Shown piece after piece: positions 54,376-61,312 of a stretch of DNA of 64,000 nt. Position 1 is the first letter of the stretch, and each line of letters starts with the position of its first letter. The DNA is from an uncultured Rivularia sp. (GTDB lineage: Bacteria > Cyanobacteriota > Cyanobacteriia > Cyanobacteriales > Nostocaceae), in assembly GCA_963665115.1 (NCBI GenBank), contig OY762007.1:6304001-6368000 (forward strand), in the 5' to 3' direction. The translations under genes were made by a program, and so were the position numbers. A model generated the notes under the pieces. That model saw nothing but the letters and a program-made list of their open reading frames with translations. It had not been told where the DNA came from and did no database searches.

Positions 54376-57300
54376 TTAATTATTTCTTTTTCTTAAACGC
54401 TGTTTCAAACGTTCTTTACCGGCGGAAATTTGCTCGTTTCTAGAATTATCTTGCTGAACCTGCATTGAATTAACATTACTAAAATAATTAACAAGCGCAC
54501 TAATAGTTGGATGACGAAACATTTCTACTAAGGGAATATTGGAAGAGAATTTTTCGCGGAGTTGACTCTGAACTTTCACCATTGATAATGAATGTCCTCC
54601 CAAATCAAAAAAATTGTCGTGAATGCCGATTTTTTCTACTTGTAGAACTTGCTGCCAAATTTGAGCAATTTCCCGCTCAATTTCCGATGAAGGTATGACA
54701 TAATTTTCTAATTTAGGACGATTATTATCTGGACTAGGTAAAGCTTTGCGGTCAATTTTACGGTTTGGAGTCAGAGGAAATTCTTCTAACGTAATATAGT
54801 TAGAAGGAATCATATAACCAGGTAGCTTATCTTGTAAAAATTGCCGTAATTCTATTTGTGAAATTTCGGAAGATGATATTAAATAAGCAACTAATCGCTC
54901 ATCATCTTGATTTTTAGATAAAGTTACCACAGCTTGTTTAACATTAGGATGCTGCATCAAAACCGCTTCAATTTCCCCCAACTCAATCCGAAAACCTCTT
55001 AATTTGATTTGATAATCAATTCGTCCGAGATATTCTAAATTACCATCAGGTAGATAGCGTACTAAATCTCCAGTTTTATAAAGATTAGAGGGGGAAGAGA
55101 GGGACGAGGGGGAAGAGGGGGTAGAAGAAGAAAACGGATTGGGAATAAATTTTTGCGCTGTTAATTCTGGTTTATTCAAATAACCCTTTGCTAATCCCGC
55201 ACCACCAATATATAATTGTCCCGGAACACCAATCGGAACAGGTTTTAAATTATCATCAAGAACGTAAAAACTAGTATTATTAATTGGTTTACCAATCGGA
55301 ACATTGGGGGAGACGTTAAATTTAACGTCTCTACATTCAGCTACAGCAGACCAAATTGTAGCCTCCGTTGGACCATATAAATTCCATACATCCTTACTAC
55401 GTTTCAATAATTCATTTGCAACATTTATATCTAAAGCTTCCCCACCACAAAGAACTTTTAACTGTTGATTTCCTTTCCATCCTGCTGCTAACAATAATCT
55501 CCAAGTTGCAGGAGTCGCTTGCATTATGGTAACTTGATTTTCTTCAATGCTTCGCGTTAATTCAATTGCATTTGCAGAAAATTCTCTACTAACAATTACA
55601 AGACGCGCACCTGAAATTAAAGGAAGATATAATTCTAATGCAGCAATATCAAAAGATAATGTTGTTACTGATAGCAATACATCGCTTTCTAATAATCCTG
55701 GTTTTTCCTGCATTGATTCGAGACAGTTAACCAAAGATTTGTGCATAATTTGCACCCCTTTAGGTTTACCAGTGGAACCGCTTGTGTAAATAATGTAGGC
55801 TAGATTTTCGGAAGTTGCTTGGGGTGGTAGATTCTCACAAGATTGCTTTTCAATTAATTCCCAGTCATTATCTAAATTAATCACATTCTGTAGAGACGCG
55901 ATATATCGCGTCTCTACAATATATCGCGTCTTTACAGATTCTATAACTAAAAAATTCACCCCAGAATCTTCCACCATAAACCTCAAACGTTCTTGTGGGA
56001 AAGCTGGATCTAAAGGAATATAGGTTCCACCTGCTTTGAGAATTCCTAATAGCGCGATCGCCATTTTTTCAGAACGTTCTAAGCAAATTCCTACTCGTGT
56101 TTCTCTGGTAACTCCTAACGATTGTAAATAACGAGCAAGTTGATTTGCTTTTTGGTTTAATTCTTTATATGTAAGCTGTTGCGATTCAAATACAACTGCA
56201 ATTTTATCGGGTATTTTTTCCGCTTGTGCTTCAAATAATTGATGAATACAAAGATTTGAATATTCGCAATTAGTCTTATTCCATTCAACAAGTAATTGCT
56301 GCTGTTCTTCCGATGTTAATAAAGGTAATTCTGATAAAACTTCCTGAGAATCAATAAGCATTCCTTCTAGCAAAGTTTGTAAATGACCTAATATTCTTGT
56401 GACTGTTGCTTCATCAAAACGATAACCATCATATAGCATTCGTAACGTGATTTTTGAATCTACAACTACATACAATCCTAAAGGAAAATTATTTTGTTCT
56501 GTTGTATTAATATTTTGTAAACTCAGGTCTTTGATTGCCGATTTTATAGTTGTTTCTACAGGATAATTTTCAAATACAATAATACTTTCAAATAAAGGTA
56601 AACCTCTAGGAACATCACTCCAGCGCTGAATTTCTATTAATGGACTAAATTCATATTGCTGTAATTCTATTTGCTGTTTCTGAAGTTGTTGCAACCAAGG
56701 TAAAAGTTTTTGTTTACCATCAATTTGGACTCGCAATGGTAGAGTATTTATAAATAAACCTACCATTGATTCAGAATTTACAAGCGTTGCCGGACGACCC
56801 GAACTAGTTACACCAAATACAATATCATTCTCACCACTATATCTACTCAACATTAACGCAAAAGCCGCTTGAACCAAAGTATTAAGAGTGAGTTGATGAT
56901 TTTTCGCAAAAGTTTGTAATTTAGACGTAATTTCCTCTGAAACTTGAATTTCTTGCTTTTGATTGTTGGAATTAGGTTTGATTGAAGGCTCTAATTTTTT
57001 ATCTACTCGAAAAGGTGTTGGTGATAGAAAACCCGCAAGATTTTTTCGCCAAAATTGCTCTGCTTCAGGTAAACTTTGTTGTTGTAACCAAGCTATATAA
57101 TCTTTGTATGGACGAGATTTATTTAAAGGTTTATTTAATAGAGATTTACCTTTGCTAATAATACTGTAGCTGCTCAAAACATCTTGAAGTACCAAAGGAA
57201 CAGACCAACCATCAAGTAATAGGTGATGATAAATCCAAATAAACTGATAAATTTGTGGCTGTTTGCGAATTAAAATTAACCTAATTAACGGTGCTTTGCT

Positions 57301-57654
57301 AAGGTTAAATCCTTGTTTTTGCTGATTCTGGAATAACTCTTCTAACTGTTGGTTTTGTGTTGATAATTCAAGAGACAACCAATCAATTAATATAATAGGT
57401 ACTTTAACTTTTCTTCCCACAACTTGAAGCGGTTTTTCCACCTTCTCCCATACAAAAGCCGTGCGTAAAACCGGATGTTTGTCAATAGCTACTTGCCAAG
57501 CTTGTTTAAATGCAGCAATATCTAAATTACCGTGAATTTCAAAACTCACCTGAATTATATAGACACCAGAATTGGGAGCATAAAGACTATGAAACAACAT
57601 CCCCTGCTGCATCGGGGAAAGTGGATAAATATCTTCAATTTGCTTGTTAGTCAC
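54376..57654 (-). CDS. NRPS module C(DCL)-A(Gly)-T
   Basis: IEDIYPLSPMQQGMLFH and WIYHHLLLDGWS; code DILQLGLIWK; GGHSLS; basic C-terminal docking tail GKERLKQRLRKR. Confidence 0.92.
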   Translation of the reverse strand: MTNKQIEDIYPLSPMQQGMLFHSLYAPNSGVYIIQVSFEIHGNLDIAAFKQAWQVAIDKHPVLRTAFVWEKVEKPLQVVGRKVKVPIILIDWLSLELSTQNQQLEELFQNQQKQGFNLSKAPLIRLILIRKQPQIYQFIWIYHHLLLDGWSVPLVLQDVLSSYSIISKGKSLLNKPLNKSRPYKDYIAWLQQQSLPEAEQFWRKNLAGFLSPTPFRVDKKLEPSIKPNSNNQKQEIQVSEEITSKLQTFAKNHQLTLNTLVQAAFALMLSRYSGENDIVFGVTSSGRPATLVNSESMVGLFINTLPLRVQIDGKQKLLPWLQQLQKQQIELQQYEFSPLIEIQRWSDVPRGLPLFESIIVFENYPVETTIKSAIKDLSLQNINTTEQNNFPLGLYVVVDSKITLRMLYDGYRFDEATVTRILGHLQTLLEGMLIDSQEVLSELPLLTSEEQQQLLVEWNKTNCEYSNLCIHQLFEAQAEKIPDKIAVVFESQQLTYKELNQKANQLARYLQSLGVTRETRVGICLERSEKMAIALLGILKAGGTYIPLDPAFPQERLRFMVEDSGVNFLVIESVKTRYIVETRYIASLQNVINLDNDWELIEKQSCENLPPQATSENLAYIIYTSGSTGKPKGVQIMHKSLVNCLESMQEKPGLLESDVLLSVTTLSFDIAALELYLPLISGARLVIVSREFSANAIELTRSIEENQVTIMQATPATWRLLLAAGWKGNQQLKVLCGGEALDINVANELLKRSKDVWNLYGPTEATIWSAVAECRDVKFNVSPNVPIGKPINNTSFYVLDDNLKPVPIGVPGQLYIGGAGLAKGYLNKPELTAQKFIPNPFSSSTPSSPSSLSSPSNLYKTGDLVRYLPDGNLEYLGRIDYQIKLRGFRIELGEIEAVLMQHPNVKQAVVTLSKNQDDERLVAYLISSSEISQIELRQFLQDKLPGYMIPSNYITLEEFPLTPNRKIDRKALPSPDNNRPKLENYVIPSSEIEREIAQIWQQVLQVEKIGIHDNFFDLGGHSLSMVKVQSQLREKFSSNIPLVEMFRHPTISALVNYFSNVNSMQVQQDNSRNEQISAGKERLKQRLRKRNN

Positions 57655-57741
57655 AATTGTTATTATTTTGACTCAATATTCATAGTTCTTATTATAGGGA
57701 ATGAGGAATAGGTAATGAAGAAAAATCCAATTACCAATTAC

Positions 57742-60700
57742 CTAACCAAACACAAAATCGTCAGCAATCAAGCTATTAGTACCAATCCCCTGCAAAATGG
57801 CTAAATCCGAACCATTTGCAGCAATCAAGGTATTATTATCTTGTTGAGTAATGCTTAAATCATCAAAGCTAATACCTAAACCAGCAATACCAAGCACATC
57901 TTCACCACTGGTAAAGTCAGTAATAATATTCACGGAATCGGGAATTTCCGCTGTTGCAATCCAGAATTGATCTGTACCTTCCCCACCAGTAATGATATTA
58001 TCACCACCGTTCGTTGCAAAGAAGCTGTCATTACCTTCACCACCAGTAATTCTATCTCCGGTTCCCATTATCAAAGTATCGTCACCGCTACTTGCATAAA
58101 TTCTATTCCTACCTTTACTGTTGATGGAAGCATCAACAACATCGCTTTCGTCACCACCAAAAATCAGTTGACTGCTACCGCTAACTTCAATAATATCTGC
58201 TTCAAGGCTACCAAAAATCGGTTCTGGTATTGCTTCTATTAATGAATCTACAATAGTAAAATTACCCGTTTGAGCATCAGTTTCAACTTCATATCCTTCC
58301 CCTACTTCAACAGTAAAAGTTGCGATTTCTTCTCCTTCAATTTCCCCATCATTTAAAATAGGTAAACTTATTTGAGCATCTTGCTCGGTGATAGTAAAAT
58401 TAAACTCGCTGTAAGCGCTAGTATTACCAACTGTAGGAATCACACCTTCTGTAAATGCAGGTATGGTATCAACTACTAATTCTTCATTAGTCCGACCGTT
58501 AGCTAAATCAACATAGGTAAAATCATCTTCTGATGAATACCACATATTAGCATTAAAACCGAGAGTTCCTCCCCTATGACCTACAACTGTTCCTAAATCG
58601 GGAGTTTCAAAGCTCATCATTCCTAAGCCATAGGAAAATCCTCTACCAGTATCTACCAAGGTAAACATTTGAGCTAAACTTTCTTGTGAAAGTAACTCTT
58701 CTGCGTACAAAGCTCGCGCAAATTGGCTTAAATCCTGGGTATTAGAAACTATCGCACCGCTAGTCCATGTCCAAGAAGGATTAGCAATAGAAACATCATC
58801 CAAAATACCATCGAAGTCAAAATCTAAATAACCGCTAACATAACCTCCTGGGATTTCTTCTTCTACTGCAAAAAATGTATTTTCTAAATTCAGAGGTTCA
58901 AGAATTTGTGACCTAATTTCGGCAGCTATATTATTATCGCTAGCTGCTTCGATAATCATTCCTGCCAAAATATAATTGGTATTGGAATATTGCCAAGATT
59001 CTCCCGGTGCAAAAAACGGTTCTACACCATCAATTAATTCTACTATTTGTTCCGGTTGCCAATCGTTTAAAAATATAGTGGGATTAAAAGCTGCTTGCTG
59101 TAATAAAATGCCATCGTATTCTGCAATGCCACTGGTATGATTTAGTAGTTGCCTAACAGTAATCTCGTCGGCTGAAGGAATATTTGCTGTTACTTGTTGC
59201 GGTAGCCAATCGGTAATAGTATCTTCAAGAGTCAGCTTTCCTGCTTCTGCTAATTTTAAGACGGTAGTTGCAGTAAATGTTTTAGTAATACTACCAATTT
59301 GAAAACGGTCATCGGGTTGTAAGAGTGTATTGTTTTCTATATTGGCTACTCCCGCAGCTTCTGACCAATTTCCCAGAGGAGAAGTAATCGCTATAGTTGC
59401 TCCCGGTACTTGTGCTGTAACTTTTTGGGCTAAAGCGGTTTCTAATTTCGACTGAATACCATTATTAAGATTAATTTCACCGCCTTGTGTTTGAATTGAA
59501 CTGAGATTAAATTCCGATAAGTTAGGAGTACTAACAGTTAGAGTTGTTCCTATTTCTGGCGGTGGTTCGCTGAGGCTAAAGTTAAGTAAGGAAACTGTTT
59601 CTTGGGATTCAATTAATAATTCGGGTTCGGTACTCAAACTAACTATTGGTTCGATTTCAGAATTTTCATTTCCTGAATCCACAATAGTAAAAGTACCGCT
59701 ATTCGCATCAGGATTTACTCCATATCCTTCCCCTACTTCAACAGTAAAAGTTGCGATTTCTTCTCCTTCAATTTCCCCATCATTTAAAATAGGTAAACTT
59801 ATTTGAGCATCTTGCTCGGTGATAGTAAAATTAAAATTATCGTCGCTAATTCCGACTCTAAAAGGTGGTAAAAGGTCGCGAACTAAATTATCATCAGAAA
59901 ATCCATTAATTAATTCAATATAAGTAAAATCATCTTCGGGAGAATACCACATATTTGAACGGTACCCCAAAGTTTGACCGCGATGAATGTACCAGAAACG
60001 ATTGGGGGATTCGATGGTTCCGACTCCTAAACCATAGGAAGAATAATTATTATTATCAATCGCAGGAGTAGTATCGAGCATTTGCTCTAAAGTTTCGGGT
60101 TCGAGCAAATCTCCTTTAAACAAACTACGAGCAAAAGTATCCAAATCTTCCGTATTAGAAACCATTGCACCAGTAGCCCAAGTCCAAGATAGATTCGCTG
60201 AGGTAATATTATCTAAAGTCCCGTCTTGGTTGAAATCCCAGTAACCGCTAACGTAACCTCCAGGTATTTCTTCCTCTTCAGCGAAAAAGGTATTTTCTAA
60301 ATTTAACGGTTCAATAATCCGTGTCTTAATTTCGTCAGCAATATTATTATCCGTCGCTGCTTCTACTATTAATCCCGCTAAAATAAAGTTGGTATTAGAA
60401 TACTGCCAAGATTCCCCTGGTGCAAATAAAGGTTCTACACCATCAATAAAATCAATTAATTCTTCTGGTTGCCAATCTGTTAAAAATACACCAGGATTAG
60501 TGGCAGCTTGATTAAAAAGTACATCAACATAATCAGCAACACCGCTTTTATGTTGTAATAACTGCTCTAAAGTAATTTCTTCAGCAGACGGAATATCAGC
60601 AGTTATACTTTCAGGTAGCCAAGTAGTAAGAGTATCATCTAAATTTAACTTACCTTCCTCAACCAACTGCATTACAGTTGTAGCCACAAAAGTTTTTGTA

Positions 60701-61068
60701 ATGCTGCCAATTTGAAAACGGTCATCTGGTTGTAAAGGTGTATTATTTTCTAGATTAGCAACACCACTCGCACCAAACCAGCTTCCGAAAGGAGAAACAA
60801 TTGCCACAGCAGCACCCGGTACATCTTCTACACGAGTTCCATCCAAAGCATCGTTTAATTGTTGCTGTAATTCCGGCTCTAAAGTAATTTCACCCCCTTC
60901 AACTTGAGTTTTAGTTAAATTAAATTCAGCTAAATTCGGTGCATTAATATTTAATACGATACCCGATTCGGTCGGTGGTTCGCTGAGGTTAAAGTTAAGT
61001 TTAGAAACCGTTTCCTCTGCTTCGATTAATAATTCTGGTTCGGTGGTAAAGGTGATTTTTGGGTTCAT
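57742..61068 (-). CDS. Secreted protein with two serine beta-lactamase/peptidase S12 domains and an RTX-like C-terminus
   Basis: Two copies each of RFQIGSITKTF (SxxK), WQYSNTN (YxN) and HRG; GGxGxD repeats; C-terminus shared with 12472-16453 and 61313-64000. Confidence 0.87.
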   Translation of the reverse strand: MNPKITFTTEPELLIEAEETVSKLNFNLSEPPTESGIVLNINAPNLAEFNLTKTQVEGGEITLEPELQQQLNDALDGTRVEDVPGAAVAIVSPFGSWFGASGVANLENNTPLQPDDRFQIGSITKTFVATTVMQLVEEGKLNLDDTLTTWLPESITADIPSAEEITLEQLLQHKSGVADYVDVLFNQAATNPGVFLTDWQPEELIDFIDGVEPLFAPGESWQYSNTNFILAGLIVEAATDNNIADEIKTRIIEPLNLENTFFAEEEEIPGGYVSGYWDFNQDGTLDNITSANLSWTWATGAMVSNTEDLDTFARSLFKGDLLEPETLEQMLDTTPAIDNNNYSSYGLGVGTIESPNRFWYIHRGQTLGYRSNMWYSPEDDFTYIELINGFSDDNLVRDLLPPFRVGISDDNFNFTITEQDAQISLPILNDGEIEGEEIATFTVEVGEGYGVNPDANSGTFTIVDSGNENSEIEPIVSLSTEPELLIESQETVSLLNFSLSEPPPEIGTTLTVSTPNLSEFNLSSIQTQGGEINLNNGIQSKLETALAQKVTAQVPGATIAITSPLGNWSEAAGVANIENNTLLQPDDRFQIGSITKTFTATTVLKLAEAGKLTLEDTITDWLPQQVTANIPSADEITVRQLLNHTSGIAEYDGILLQQAAFNPTIFLNDWQPEQIVELIDGVEPFFAPGESWQYSNTNYILAGMIIEAASDNNIAAEIRSQILEPLNLENTFFAVEEEIPGGYVSGYLDFDFDGILDDVSIANPSWTWTSGAIVSNTQDLSQFARALYAEELLSQESLAQMFTLVDTGRGFSYGLGMMSFETPDLGTVVGHRGGTLGFNANMWYSSEDDFTYVDLANGRTNEELVVDTIPAFTEGVIPTVGNTSAYSEFNFTITEQDAQISLPILNDGEIEGEEIATFTVEVGEGYEVETDAQTGNFTIVDSLIEAIPEPIFGSLEADIIEVSGSSQLIFGGDESDVVDASINSKGRNRIYASSGDDTLIMGTGDRITGGEGNDSFFATNGGDNIITGGEGTDQFWIATAEIPDSVNIITDFTSGEDVLGIAGLGISFDDLSITQQDNNTLIAANGSDLAILQGIGTNSLIADDFVFG

Positions 61069-61132
61069 GATTTAAAAAGGGAATTGGGCATGGGGGATGA
61101 GATATAAACCTTTAACCTCTAACCAATATTTA

Positions 61133-61305
61133 GTAGGGTGCGTGAAGACCTTGACAAATTACTGTTTTCTATGAATGAATTAATATTGTCTTCACGCACC
61201 TTGTTTTGATAGATAACGAATAACTGGTAATCAAAGGCAATGGTGCGTGACGCTACAATAAATTATCACTACGTACAAAATTTCTCGAAGCGTCACACAC
61301 CCTAC
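61133..61305. repeat. REPIN-like element (GTAGGGTGCG family)
   Basis: GTAGGGTGCGTGAAGAC...GTCTTCACGCACC and GGTGCGTGACGC...GCGTCACACACCCTAC. Confidence 0.68.
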
Positions 61306-61312
61306 AAATTAA

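Noticed and set aside
16842..57654. Identification as cyanochelin or as anachelin itself
   Set aside because: No Asp-specific module or TauD-like hydroxylase is visible (cyanochelin), and the module order and thiazole do not fit Thr-Ser-Ser with the longer polyketide (anachelin). Upstream genes outside the window cannot be assessed.
57742..61068. Antibiotic-resistance beta-lactamase
   Set aside because: Third motif is HRG (D-peptidase-like) rather than KTG, and the architecture and context do not suggest AmpC
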